From: Desulfobacterales bacterium | GTDB lineage: Bacteria; Desulfobacterota; Desulfobacteria; Desulfobacterales; UBA5852 | Reading direction: 5' to 3' | Length of the DNA stretch: 64,000 nucleotides | Assembly (NCBI GenBank): GCA_963674755.2 | Contig: CAXXVS010000001.1 | Location: 736,001-800,000 of the forward strand | Shown here: one piece after another, positions 9,629-19,778 of the stretch | Numbering within the stretch: the stretch's first letter is position 1 | How the letters are laid out: every line of letters starts with the position of its first letter | Made by a program: the position numbers and the translations under genes | The notes under the pieces: model-generated | Database searches by the model: none | Seen by the model: only the letters and a program-made list of their open reading frames with translations | Told to the model about the DNA's origin: nothing

Positions 9629-10629
9629 TGATGGAAATTCCCTTTGAACACCGGCAGTCGGCCCACTGCGAAACGGGCGTGGCTGCCAACCTGCTCTCCC
9701 ACTACGGGCTGGACGTCAACGAGGCCATGGCCTTCGGCATCGGTTCGGGGCTGTTTTTCGGCTACCTGCCCTTTATCCGCCTCAATCATCTGCCGCTGAC
9801 AACCTATCGCATCACCACCGGCGGCATCCTGAAACGCCTGACCAAACGGCTGGGGGTCACCCTGCGCATGACCTGCTTCCGCAACCCCCGCAAGGCCATG
9901 GACGAACTGGACCGCAAACTGGCCGAAGGGGTGCCCGTGGGCTGCCAGACCGGCGGCTATTGGCTGCCCTATTTCCCCCAGGCCTACCGGTTCCATTTCA
10001 ACATGCACAACCTGGTGGTCATCGGCCGCGAAGGGGATGACTATCTGATCAGCGATCCCATTTTCGAAACGCCGGTGGTCTGCCACCGCCGCGACCTCCT
10101 TAAAGCGCGCTTTGCCAAAGGCGCCCTGGCCCCGAAAGGCAAGATGTACTTTGTGGAAGGCGTGCCGGCGGCGACCGACTTCCCCCGGGCGATCAAACGC
10201 GGGATGCGGGAAGTCGGCCGCACCATGCTGAAGGCGCCGGTCTCCCTGATTGGGGTCAAGGGCATCCGCAAGCTGGCCCGGCAGGTGGAACTCTGGCCCC
10301 AGAAATTCGGCCCGGAAAAAAGCCGTCTCTATCTGGGGCAGGTGATCCGTATGCAGGAGGAGATCGGCACCGGCGGTGCCGGATTCCGTTTCATTTACGC
10401 GGCCTTTTTGCAGCAGGCCGCCGAGGTGTTGGCCCTGCCGCGGGTGCGGGAACTGTCCGCTGAAATGACCGCCATCGGGGACCGCTGGCGCCAGTTTGCC
10501 GTTTCCGGCGCGCGTCAGTGCAAAGGCCGGGCACGTCCGGAAGATTCCTACGACGCCATGGCCGCAACCGTGCGGGAATGCGCCGATCGGGAGGCCGCTC
10601 TTTACCATGAACTGCTATCCCTGGCCTGA
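9625..10629 (+). CDS. BtrH N-terminal domain protein (papain/C39-like fold, putative acyltransferase or peptidase)
   Basis: HRQSAHCETG (Cys), FHFNMHN (His), ISDP (Asp); QEEIGTGGAGFRFIYAAFL. Confidence 0.82.
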   Translation: MMMEIPFEHRQSAHCETGVAANLLSHYGLDVNEAMAFGIGSGLFFGYLPFIRLNHLPLTTYRITTGGILKRLTKRLGVTLRMTCFRNPRKAMDELDRKLAEGVPVGCQTGGYWLPYFPQAYRFHFNMHNLVVIGREGDDYLISDPIFETPVVCHRRDLLKARFAKGALAPKGKMYFVEGVPAATDFPRAIKRGMREVGRTMLKAPVSLIGVKGIRKLARQVELWPQKFGPEKSRLYLGQVIRMQEEIGTGGAGFRFIYAAFLQQAAEVLALPRVRELSAEMTAIGDRWRQFAVSGARQCKGRARPEDSYDAMAATVRECADREAALYHELLSLA

Positions 10630-10765
10630 TGATCCAAAGCCGCCTGAAATCCAGGCGAATGCCGCGGCGGCGCCTCCCAATCCGGACGTGACGATGTCGC
10701 CTTTTGCCGACCGGCCGACAACCGCCCATGCGTTTATCCATTGAGATTATCGATCGAGTTTAGCC

Positions 10766-11542
10766 ATGTTGCCTGAGACCCCGTCGACAGCCGCCGTTAG
10801 GCCGGTTCTGACCGCCGCCAATCTTGTCAAGCGCTACCCCGGTGCCTCAGAGAACGCCCTGGACGGGCTCAGCCTCCAGGTGGACGAAGGGCAGATCGTG
10901 GGACTCCTGGGGCCCAATGGCGCCGGGAAAACCACGGCGGTCTCCATACTCAGCACCCTGATGCGGCCTTCGGCCGGGCAGCTTGCCGTCATGGGACGGC
11001 CGGTGGCCGCCCCTCTGCGGCCGATCCGGCAGGTGGTGGGGCTGGCGCCCCAGGAAATCGCCCTTTACGAACCCCTGTCGGTCCGCGAGAATCTGACCTA
11101 TTTCGGCCGGATGTACGGCCTCAGGGGGGAGGGGCTCAAGGCGCGGGTGGCGGATTGCCTGACGGCCGTGGGGCTGACGGCCCAGGCCGACCGGCCGGTG
11201 GCCGTTTTTTCGGGGGGCATGAAGCGGCGGGCCAACCTGGCGGCCGCCATCGTGCACGCCCCCCGGCTGCTTTTCCTGGACGAGCCCACCGTGGGGGTGG
11301 ACGCCCAGTCCCGGGCCCTGATCATGGATCTCCTGCGTGGCCTGCAACAGGACGGTACGGCCATGGTCTACACCACCCATTACATGGAAGAGGTGGAAGC
11401 CCTGTGCGGCCGGGTCGTGATCATGGACGCCGGGCGCATCATCGCTGAAGGCGCCCCGGCGGATCTTCGGGCAAGTCATCCGGACGCCGATTCGCTGGGG
11501 GAGCTGTTTTTGAAGCTGACGGGAAGGTCCCTGCGGGATTGA
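10766..11542 (+). CDS. ABC transporter ATP-binding protein
   Basis: GPNGAGKTT, FSGGMKRR, LFLDEPT, TTH. Confidence 0.95.
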   Translation: MLPETPSTAAVRPVLTAANLVKRYPGASENALDGLSLQVDEGQIVGLLGPNGAGKTTAVSILSTLMRPSAGQLAVMGRPVAAPLRPIRQVVGLAPQEIALYEPLSVRENLTYFGRMYGLRGEGLKARVADCLTAVGLTAQADRPVAVFSGGMKRRANLAAAIVHAPRLLFLDEPTVGVDAQSRALIMDLLRGLQQDGTAMVYTTHYMEEVEALCGRVVIMDAGRIIAEGAPADLRASHPDADSLGELFLKLTGRSLRD

Positions 11543-11550
11543 ATCGTAAG

Positions 11551-11688
11551 GGTTCCGCAAAACGTCCGCTATCGGCGTTATGGGAATCTTTCGTTGTTGC
11601 GGCGTACCGACGTACGCGTCCTCCGGGCCCCGCGATAGCGGTATTCCTCAAGATTCGCAAGCCTTGCTCTCGAACGTTTTGCAAAACC
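11551..11688. repeat. Palindromic MITE/REP-like element, family C
   Basis: Imperfect terminal inverted repeats GGTTCCGCAAAACGTCCG / CGAACGTTTTGCAAAACC; internal GCGTAC..GTACGC hairpin; sits between the ABC genes. Confidence 0.65.
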
Positions 11689-11739
11689 GTCTAATGGGGT
11701 CATTTAGATAATGATCGAAGCCAGAGTATATATCTAACT

Positions 11740-13065
11740 GTGGATCGCTTGCTCACATCGGTGATGAAGGAATGGCGCCTGCTGGCCCGGGACCGGGTCG
11801 GCCTGCTGATGCTGTTTCTCATGCCCGCGCTCCTGGTGATCGTCATTTCCGTGGTGCAGATGAATGTTTTGAAAACCATGGGGGACGATCCGGTGGCCCT
11901 TTTGTGGGTGGACCGGGACCAGGGGGAGATGGCCCGGGAGCTGCGGGAGCGCGTGGCCGCGGTGGACGGTATCGACCTGGTTGATCGCCTGGGGGACAGG
12001 CCCCTTGACGAGGCCGCGGCCTTGCAGCGGGTAGCCGAGGGGGATTACCAGGCCTGTCTCGTGATCCCGCCCGATTTCACCCGGCAGGTGCAAGCGCGCG
12101 CTGTGGCCGCCGCCGAGGTCATGCTCGCGCAGGAAGAAGGGGCGTCGGAAACGGGTGGCGCCTTGCCGGAATTGGTGCTGCATTTCGATCCCCTGGCCGG
12201 CGGGGCCTTTCGCTCGGCGGTCGACCAGGCCCTGCAGCGGCTGGTGGCCGGCATCGCCACCGAAGCCAAGTTGGCGGCCTTTGCCAAACGATTTCCCGAG
12301 CAGTTGTCCGACACCCTGTCCGCGTCCATGGGGCCATACGCCGATGGGCTGCGGGAAAAGCTTGCCGGCTTCAAGCTGGAATGGGATCCTCGCCCCCTGA
12401 TGACCCTGGCGGAAACCGCCACCGGACGGGGGGGCTTTGACAAGATACCGTCGGCGGTGCAGCAGAATGTACCGGCCTGGGGGCTTTTCGGCATCTTCCT
12501 GATCGCGGTGCCCCTGTCCGGGGCCCTGGTGCGCGAGCGGGCCAGCGGCATCATGACCCGGCTGCAGCTTTTGCCGACATCCTTTTTAACGCTTCTCACG
12601 GGCAAACTGGCGGCCTACACCGCCGTCTGTCTGGTCCAGTTCGCCCTGATGATGCTGGTGGGCCGCTTCGTCATGCCGCTTTTCGGCGCCGCCCCCCTGA
12701 CCCTGGATCAGGCTTACGGGGCTTTGGCGGTGGTGTTGTTGTGTGTGGCCCTGGCGGCGGCGGCCTTCGGCATTCTGCTGGGCGTGCTGACCCGGACCTA
12801 TGAACAGGCCTCCATGATCGCGGCCATCTCCGTGGTGGTGGCCGCGGCCATCGGCGGGGTGATGGTGCCGGTGTTTGCCATGCCGCACCTCATGCGCACC
12901 ATCAGCCAGATATCCCCCCTGGCCTGGGGCCTCAACGCCCTGCTGGATCTCTTTGTGCGAGGCGGCAGTCTGGCCACGGTCTGGCGGGAAGCGGCCCTGC
13001 TGCTGGGCTTTGCCCTGGTCATGCTCATGTCGGCCTGGATGATCTGGCAGCGCAAGCGGCGCTAG
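11740..13065 (+). CDS. ABC-2 type transporter permease
   Basis: N-terminal TM, large periplasmic loop, VQQNVPAW, multiple C-terminal TMs, ISPLAWG. Confidence 0.9.
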   Translation: MDRLLTSVMKEWRLLARDRVGLLMLFLMPALLVIVISVVQMNVLKTMGDDPVALLWVDRDQGEMARELRERVAAVDGIDLVDRLGDRPLDEAAALQRVAEGDYQACLVIPPDFTRQVQARAVAAAEVMLAQEEGASETGGALPELVLHFDPLAGGAFRSAVDQALQRLVAGIATEAKLAAFAKRFPEQLSDTLSASMGPYADGLREKLAGFKLEWDPRPLMTLAETATGRGGFDKIPSAVQQNVPAWGLFGIFLIAVPLSGALVRERASGIMTRLQLLPTSFLTLLTGKLAAYTAVCLVQFALMMLVGRFVMPLFGAAPLTLDQAYGALAVVLLCVALAAAAFGILLGVLTRTYEQASMIAAISVVVAAAIGGVMVPVFAMPHLMRTISQISPLAWGLNALLDLFVRGGSLATVWREAALLLGFALVMLMSAWMIWQRKRR

Positions 13066-13093
13066 CGGTTTTTAAACGGGACAGACGGTCATC

Positions 13094-13918
13094 ATGATGC
13101 CTCAAGCGGTAACGCACATAAGCGACCCCGCCATCGCGGATCAGACCGCGAAATACAAAAAGGGGGGGCAGGGCAGGCGCTTCGCCGTCGTCATACCGGT
13201 CTACAACCATGCCCGCAATATCGAAAGCGTGGCCCGTCGGGCCCTGAAACTGGGGTTTCCCGTGGTGGTGGTGGACGACGGCTCCACGGACGAAACCACC
13301 GACATCCTGGGCCGGGTGCCGGGACTGCTGCGGCTGCGGCATGCCGTGAACGCCGGCAAGGGGGCGGCCCTGATGACGGGCTTTGAAGCCGCCGCCGAAT
13401 TGGCCGACTGGGCCATCACCCTCGATGCGGACGGCCAGCACCGGCCCGAGGAGGCCGGGCGGCTCGTGGCGGCCGCCCTGGAAGGCCCCCGCGCCATTAT
13501 CCTGGGCTGCCGGGAGGGCATGATCGGCCGCCATGTGCCCTGGACCAGCCGCTTCGGGCGGGGATTCTCCAATTTCTGGGTCTGGGCCTCCGGGGGCGGC
13601 CGGCGGATCGATTCCCAGAGCGGGTTCCGGGCCTATCCCCTGCCGGAAGTCTTTGCCCTGAAGGTCAAGGCCCGCCGGTTCCAGTTCGAAGTCGAGGTCC
13701 TGGCCAAGGCCGGCTGGCAGGGCCTGCCCATCCGGGAGGTTCCCGTCAGCGTGGACTATCATCCCGGGGCCCCGCGGATTTCCCATTTCCGTCCCTTCAT
13801 CGATTTTTGCCGCAACAGCAACACCTTTTCCCGGCTGATCTTCCAGCGCATCGTGGTGCCGCGCGCCATCCGACGGCGCTGGCTGAGGCACCGCGCCGAC
13901 CAGGGAGGGCGCCCATGA
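13094..13918 (+). CDS. Glycosyltransferase family 2
   Basis: VIPVYNH, VVDDGSTD, GKGAAL, LDADGQH, DSQSGFRAYPL, RISHFRPF. Confidence 0.92.
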   Translation: MMPQAVTHISDPAIADQTAKYKKGGQGRRFAVVIPVYNHARNIESVARRALKLGFPVVVVDDGSTDETTDILGRVPGLLRLRHAVNAGKGAALMTGFEAAAELADWAITLDADGQHRPEEAGRLVAAALEGPRAIILGCREGMIGRHVPWTSRFGRGFSNFWVWASGGGRRIDSQSGFRAYPLPEVFALKVKARRFQFEVEVLAKAGWQGLPIREVPVSVDYHPGAPRISHFRPFIDFCRNSNTFSRLIFQRIVVPRAIRRRWLRHRADQGGRP

Positions 13919-16900
13919 CGTCCGGGCGGCACTTCAACCCCCTGGCCACCGCGGCCACCGTGATCGTGCTGGCCCTCATGGCGCTGGCGGCGCTTTACCG
14001 CATCCAATTCGAGACGGATATCGTGGCCACCCTGCCCGAGCACGATCCGGTGATCGCCGCGGCCCGCGACATCCTGCGCCACCATCCGGGTCAGGACCTG
14101 CTGGCGGTGGATCTCAGCCTGGCGAAAGACGACCCCGCCGAACTGGCCCGGATCACCCGCGCCGCGGCCGCGGCCATGGGCGCCAGCGGCCTTTTCAAGC
14201 GGGTCGGCATGCAGGCCGTGGGGGATCAGATGCCGGCCCTGATCCACTACGTGGTCCGGCACCTGCCGCTTCTTTTTTCCGCCGCGGAGCTCGATCGGCG
14301 GGTGGCGCCCCTCCTGACGGAGGCCCGGGTGCGGGAGCAGTTGCAGAACGACGTCCGGCAGCTCGGCTCCCTGGAGGGCATCGGCCAGGCCGACCTGATC
14401 GCCCGGGACCCCCTGGCACTGCGCAACCTGCTGCTGGCCCAGCTGGCGCGCCTGTCGCCGGCGCCGGGGGTGCGCCCCTTCCAGGGCCACCTCATTTCCG
14501 CCGACGGCCGGCACGTGCTGGTGGTGGCCACCCCGTCCCAGCCTTCCACCGATACGAATTTCGCCCGCCGCCTGGAGGCTTTTTTTCGTGATTTGCCCAA
14601 GAAGCTGCAAGGAGATGAACCGGCGGCGGATACCGGGGTAATCGTCACCCCGGTGGGGGCCTACCGCGCCGCCCTGGACAACGAGATGCTGGCGCGCCGC
14701 GATACGCGCCGGATCGTAGGGTTTGCCATGGCCGGCATCGCTCTGCTGCTGTTCCTGACCTTTCCCCGCCCCTGGATCGGGCTGCTGGCCTTCGTGCCGG
14801 CCGTGGCCGGCACGGTGACGGCCCTGTTTGTCATGTCCCTCCTGCAGGCGCGCCTCTCCGTGCTGACCCTGGGATTCGGCGGGGCGGTCATCTCCATCAC
14901 GGTGGATCACGGGATCGCCTACCTGCTCTTCCTGGACAGGCCCCGGGCCACCACGGGCCGGGAAGCCGCCCGGGAGGTCCTGGCGGTGGGGCTGATCGCC
15001 ACCCTCACCACGGTGGGGGCCTTCCTGGCGTTGTCCTTCAGCGGTTTTCCGGTGCTGGGGGAGATCGGCCGCTTTGCGGCCATCGGCATCGGCAGCGCCT
15101 TCGTGTTTGTCCACACGGTCATGCCGCACCTGATTCCTTCGCTGCCCCCCGCCCGCCGGAAACGTCCGCCGGTCCTGCAGCGGCAGCTGTCCCGCCTGGC
15201 CGGACGGATGGACATGAAAACGTTCTGGGCCGGCGCGGTGGTGGTCGTTGTGCTGGCCCTCTGCGCCCACCCCCGCTTCCAGGTGGATTTGCGGGCCATG
15301 AATTCGGTCACCCCCGCCACCCGGGCTGCCGAGGCCCGGGTGCAGGATGTATGGGGGCGGTTTATGGAGCGGGTGTTCGTGGTCACCCATGGCAAGGACC
15401 TGACGGCATTGATGGAACAGGGTGATCAGGTAACCGGCCTGCTGGACAAGATGACCGCTGCCGGCCAACTGGCGCCGGGCTTTCTGCCCACCGTGTTTTT
15501 CCCGGGACCGGTCCGGGCCGAGGCCAACCGGGCGGCCTGGCAGGCTTTCTGGACCCCGTCGCGCGTCGCGGCGCTGTCCCGCAATCTGCAAACCGCAGGA
15601 ACGCCCCTGGGTTTTGCCCCGCAGGCCTTTGCCCCGTTCCTGGAGATTCTGGCGGCCGAGCACGTTCAGCCGGTGTCGCCCGATCCGGCTTATTTTGAGC
15701 TTTTGGGCATCGTGCCCGATGCCGACGGCACGGGATGGCGCCAGTTTTTTACCCTCAAGCCCGGCCCGGACTACAACGCGGCAGCGTTTTACGATCGCCT
15801 GGCCCGGACCGGCAGCGCCCGCCTCTTCGATCCGGTGTTTTTCGCGGACCGGCTGGGCCATTTCCTGGCCGTCACCTTCCGCCATATGCTGGTGGTCGTG
15901 GGGGGCTGCGCTGTTGTCCTGCTGGGTCTTTTCTTCTGGGACCTGACCCTGACCCTACTGGCGCTGCTGCCCCTGGCGGCGGCCTTCGCGGGCACCCTCG
16001 GCGTCCTGGGCCTGGCCGGCCGCCCGCTGGATATCCCGGCCCTGATGCTGGCCATCATCGTTCTGGGGATGGGCATCGATTACGCGCTTTTCACCATCCG
16101 GGCCTTCCAGCGCTACGGCCGGGAGACCGATCCGGAACTGGCGCTGTTCCGCACCACCGTCTTCCTGGCGGCCGCTTCCACCCTGGTGGGGTTCGGGGCC
16201 CTGATGAGCGCCGACCACGCGGTTTTCAAAAGCGCCGGTCTGACCTCCTTTTGCGGGATCCTGTTTTCGGCCGTGGGGGCCTTTGTTTTTCTGCCACCCC
16301 TTCTGCGGCGCTTGTTCCGCCTGCCGGCGGAGAGGGGACCACGCCAGACCAGGGGGTTCGAACAATCTTTTCGGGCGGCCCGCCGGCGTTTTCGGCATCT
16401 CGAATTGCGGCCTCGCCTGGCGGCCTGGCGCGGGCTGCGTCCGGGCGGCCTGCTGAGGAATTTCCCGCTGCCGGAGATGGCGGGGGGACCGGTTGTCGTT
16501 TTCCCGCTGCGCTACGGTGTCGAAGTCGCCTGGCTGGCGGAAGCACTCCCCGAACGGCCTCTTATGGGAGCCGATCCGGAGGGCGGCAACGCCCGGCTGG
16601 CGGCTCGGGTGGGCGGCGCAGGCGCGGCGTTCAAGACCGGCAGCCTCGCGGCCCTGGCGGCTGACGATCCGGAAGCCGCCCTTGTTATCCTGCCTGGACG
16701 CCCGCCGGAATCGGATGGGTTCCCGGTGCCGCTGGCGGCAGCCGACCGCTGCCTGGCGCCCGGAGGACGATTGATGGTTCTGGCTGGCCCGCCTGCGGCG
16801 CGGTCGGCCTGGTCACGGAGACTGAATCGATTGATGCGGTCCGCCCCCGACCCCTATGATCGACAGGCCATCGAGGCGTTCCTTGAGAAGCAGGACTATG

Positions 16901-16968
16901 GGCAGGTCGAGCGCCGACCGGCGGGGGACGGTTCGTCTCAGGTCTGGATTGCCGCCCAAAAAAACTGA
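13915..16968 (+). CDS. MMPL/RND family lipid exporter with a C-terminal degenerate methyltransferase-like domain
   Basis: Two TM blocks with ITVDHG and GMGIDYA motifs; ATGA overlap with the GT2 stop. Confidence 0.85.
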   Translation: MTSGRHFNPLATAATVIVLALMALAALYRIQFETDIVATLPEHDPVIAAARDILRHHPGQDLLAVDLSLAKDDPAELARITRAAAAAMGASGLFKRVGMQAVGDQMPALIHYVVRHLPLLFSAAELDRRVAPLLTEARVREQLQNDVRQLGSLEGIGQADLIARDPLALRNLLLAQLARLSPAPGVRPFQGHLISADGRHVLVVATPSQPSTDTNFARRLEAFFRDLPKKLQGDEPAADTGVIVTPVGAYRAALDNEMLARRDTRRIVGFAMAGIALLLFLTFPRPWIGLLAFVPAVAGTVTALFVMSLLQARLSVLTLGFGGAVISITVDHGIAYLLFLDRPRATTGREAAREVLAVGLIATLTTVGAFLALSFSGFPVLGEIGRFAAIGIGSAFVFVHTVMPHLIPSLPPARRKRPPVLQRQLSRLAGRMDMKTFWAGAVVVVVLALCAHPRFQVDLRAMNSVTPATRAAEARVQDVWGRFMERVFVVTHGKDLTALMEQGDQVTGLLDKMTAAGQLAPGFLPTVFFPGPVRAEANRAAWQAFWTPSRVAALSRNLQTAGTPLGFAPQAFAPFLEILAAEHVQPVSPDPAYFELLGIVPDADGTGWRQFFTLKPGPDYNAAAFYDRLARTGSARLFDPVFFADRLGHFLAVTFRHMLVVVGGCAVVLLGLFFWDLTLTLLALLPLAAAFAGTLGVLGLAGRPLDIPALMLAIIVLGMGIDYALFTIRAFQRYGRETDPELALFRTTVFLAAASTLVGFGALMSADHAVFKSAGLTSFCGILFSAVGAFVFLPPLLRRLFRLPAERGPRQTRGFEQSFRAARRRFRHLELRPRLAAWRGLRPGGLLRNFPLPEMAGGPVVVFPLRYGVEVAWLAEALPERPLMGADPEGGNARLAARVGGAGAAFKTGSLAALAADDPEAALVILPGRPPESDGFPVPLAAADRCLAPGGRLMVLAGPPAARSAWSRRLNRLMRSAPDPYDRQAIEAFLEKQDYGQVERRPAGDGSSQVWIAAQKN

Positions 16969-16981
16969 CAGTTTTTTAGCG

Positions 16982-17124
16982 GTGTCCGTCCAAGGGCGGT
17001 AGATTTGGGTTCCGGCCAAGGCCGCAGGGAATTGGTAACCGGAGGCGTAGCTAGGCTACGGCGAGGATTTCCAAAGAGCGAGAACACCGGCCGGGGCCGA
17101 AAGATGCCATTTTGGGATGGACAT
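16982..17124. mobile_element. MITE-like element, family B (reverse orientation, diverged)
   Basis: GTGTCCGTCC...GGATGGACA ends; internal GGCGTAGCTAGGCTACG hairpin; reverse complement resembles 37744-37886. Confidence 0.7.
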
Positions 17125-17245
17125 GACGTAACCCATAGGCTCTTGTTTGGCTCTTATTGCGCAGCGCGGTCGGAATACGAAATAGCAGTGAACACCATCT
17201 ATCCTGAAAGAGCGGGCCGATGATCGGGAGCGGCAGTTTTACATC

Positions 17246-18136
17246 ATGATCGGCGGCCTTTACTACCGCGCGCTGACACGGCTGTCCCAATGGTTCGGCC
17301 CCCGGGTCTTTCAGGTCGGGGCCTGGTTCGTGGCCGCCGGCTATTATGCCTTTTTCCCCGGGCGGGTGGCGGCCAGCGCGTCCTTTTACCGCGTGCTGCA
17401 GCCGGGTCGCAGTGGATGGTACTACCGCTGGTGCGCCTGGCAGCAGTTCCAGCGTTTCACCGGGGTTTTCCTGGACCGCTTTCTGCTGCAGACCGGGCAG
17501 CCCATCACCCACAGCTCCCAAGGGCTGGACGCCCTTTATGCCCACCTGGACCGGGGGCAGGGCGCGATCCTGCTCATCTCCCATGTGGGCAACTGGGAAC
17601 TGGCCGCGCACCTGCTCAAGCGCCGCCGGGCGCGCTTGCCCCTCATGCTTTACATGGGCGCCCGGCAGAAGGAGCAGATCGAAAAAACCCAGAAGCGAGA
17701 CTTGGCCGACTCGGGGATCCGCATCGTGGTGGCAGGGGAGGACTCCGCCGCCTATGACACGGTGGAAGGCATCCAGCATCTGAAGCAGGGCGGGCTGCTG
17801 TCTCTGGCCGGCGATCGGGTATGGCACGATGGCCAGCGGACTGTGGCGGCGCGCTTTTTAGGACGCCGCGTGGACCTGCCGGCCGGCCCCCATGTGTTTG
17901 CCATGCTGGCGGGTGTGCCTATCTTCTATTTTTTTTCATACCGGACCGGGCCCCAGCGGTACCATTTTTCCGTCATGGGACCGCACGTCGTGAACCCGGC
18001 CACCCGGGCCGAGCGGCCGGCCGCTCTGGAGGCCAGCGCCCAGGACTACGCCGACCACCTGGAAGCCTATGTGCGGCAGCATCCGTTCGAGTGGTTTCAT
18101 TTCCGCTCCCTGTTCAGCGAAAGGGCCGACCCTTGA
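17246..18136 (+). CDS. Lipid A/lysophospholipid acyltransferase family protein (LpxL-like)
   Basis: SHVGNWE, GDR, P.GP, YVRQHPFEWFHF. Confidence 0.88.
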   Translation: MIGGLYYRALTRLSQWFGPRVFQVGAWFVAAGYYAFFPGRVAASASFYRVLQPGRSGWYYRWCAWQQFQRFTGVFLDRFLLQTGQPITHSSQGLDALYAHLDRGQGAILLISHVGNWELAAHLLKRRRARLPLMLYMGARQKEQIEKTQKRDLADSGIRIVVAGEDSAAYDTVEGIQHLKQGGLLSLAGDRVWHDGQRTVAARFLGRRVDLPAGPHVFAMLAGVPIFYFFSYRTGPQRYHFSVMGPHVVNPATRAERPAALEASAQDYADHLEAYVRQHPFEWFHFRSLFSERADP

Positions 18137-18258
18137 CATTTGTATCGCGATCCAATAGAAGCAATAAATTTTATTAAACAAAATCAGAATGTTCATTGAA
18201 TTTCGCATTTTTAGGAGCCGCTGCTGAACCAAAGCGGGACTTTTCTGAGGAAGGCTGC

Positions 18259-18516
18259 ATGACAAGGGATGAGATCCGGGACAAGATTCTCAAGGTTTTC
18301 GAAACGGAATTCGAAATCGCCAATCCGGGTTTGGACGATGATTTGCGTGAAGCACATGGCTTCGACAGCATCGATGCCATCGAGCTTTTGGGGGAAATCG
18401 AGACCATGCTGGGCTACGAGTTGAGCCAGGAGCAGAAAAAGCGCGCCATGGACAATATCCGCACCCTCAACCAGATCCTGGACTACGTGGAAGGCTTGCG
18501 GCCCGAACCGGCCTGA
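18259..18516 (+). CDS. Acyl carrier protein
   Basis: GFDSIDAIE motif; GAGG-containing RBS before MTRDEIR. Confidence 0.9.
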   Translation: MTRDEIRDKILKVFETEFEIANPGLDDDLREAHGFDSIDAIELLGEIETMLGYELSQEQKKRAMDNIRTLNQILDYVEGLRPEPA

Positions 18517-18530
18517 GAGGGGATAAGCGC

Positions 18531-19766
18531 ATGGACAGACGGGTGGTCATTACGGCGGCGTCGGCCATCAGTCCCATCGGCCACGGCCGGGAAGCCATTC
18601 TGGCCAGCCTGCAAAACGGGATCTCGGGGGTCAGGCCGCTGAAGGACGACGGCCTGCTCAGCGGGCACATCCACTCCAAGGTATTCGGCACGGTCACGGC
18701 CGACATCGATTTCGACTTCGAGCGCAAATACCGCAAGACCATGGGCCCGGTGGCCTTCTATGCCTGCCAGGTGGTCAAGGAAGTGGTCGCCCAGGCCGGT
18801 CTCACCCCGGAGGTGCTGGGCTCCGGCCGCCTGGGGGTGGCCTTCGGCTCCACCCACGGCAGCCCCACCGTGCAGCGGGGCATTTACGAAACCTTTTTCA
18901 GTAAATCCCAAAAGCGCTTCGCCGCCATCGGCGCCGTGGACTACCTCAAATCCATGGTGCACACCACGGCGGTCAACATCACCAAGATGTTCGGCATCAC
19001 CGGCCGGGTGATTTCCTCTTCCACGGCCTGCACCACCAGCAGTCAGTCCATCGGCTACGGCTATGAAGCCATCCGTTTCGGCCGGCAGGACGCCATGATC
19101 TGCGGCGGGGCGGACGAGTACGACACCACCACGGTGGCGGTCTTCGACAACCTGCTGGCCTGCTCCACGGCTTTCAACGACACCCCCTCCCGGACGCCGC
19201 GTCCCTTCGATGTGGACCGCGACGGACTGGTGGTGGGCGAGGGGGCCGGGGCCGTGCTGCTGGAAGAGTATGAAGCCGCCCGCCGGCGCGGGGCCGACAT
19301 CCTGGCCGAGGTGATCGGCTTCGACTGCAACAACAACGGCGGCGACCTGATTTTCCCCAACCAGGACGGTATCACCGCCACCATCAGGAACGGGCTCAAA
19401 GACGCGGGCCTAGGACCCGGCGATGTGGATTTCATCAGCGCCCATGCCACGGCCACCAAGATGGGGGACGTGATCGAGGCCAATGCCATCCAGCGTGTGT
19501 TCGGCGATCAATCGCCCCTGGTGGCGGGCCTCAAGAGCTACATGGGGCACACCATGGGCTCCTGCGGCGCCATCGAAACGATCCTGACGCTGTATATGAT
19601 GCAAGAGGGTTTCGTGGCGCCCACCCTCAATCTGGAAAAGATCGACCCGCGCTGCGCGGCCATCCGCCATGTGACCGAACTGATGGATTATCCGGTGCGT
19701 GTGGCCAGTATTCAAAATTTCGCCTTCGGGGGCGTGAATACCTGCCTCCTGCTGCGGAAGGTCTGA
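18531..19766 (+). CDS. Beta-ketoacyl-ACP synthase (FabF/FabB-type)
   Basis: STACTTS (Cys), SAHATAT and MGHTMG (His-His), NFAFGGVN. Confidence 0.93.
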   Translation: MDRRVVITAASAISPIGHGREAILASLQNGISGVRPLKDDGLLSGHIHSKVFGTVTADIDFDFERKYRKTMGPVAFYACQVVKEVVAQAGLTPEVLGSGRLGVAFGSTHGSPTVQRGIYETFFSKSQKRFAAIGAVDYLKSMVHTTAVNITKMFGITGRVISSSTACTTSSQSIGYGYEAIRFGRQDAMICGGADEYDTTTVAVFDNLLACSTAFNDTPSRTPRPFDVDRDGLVVGEGAGAVLLEEYEAARRRGADILAEVIGFDCNNNGGDLIFPNQDGITATIRNGLKDAGLGPGDVDFISAHATATKMGDVIEANAIQRVFGDQSPLVAGLKSYMGHTMGSCGAIETILTLYMMQEGFVAPTLNLEKIDPRCAAIRHVTELMDYPVRVASIQNFAFGGVNTCLLLRKV

Positions 19767-19778
19767 TCCGGGTGGCCC

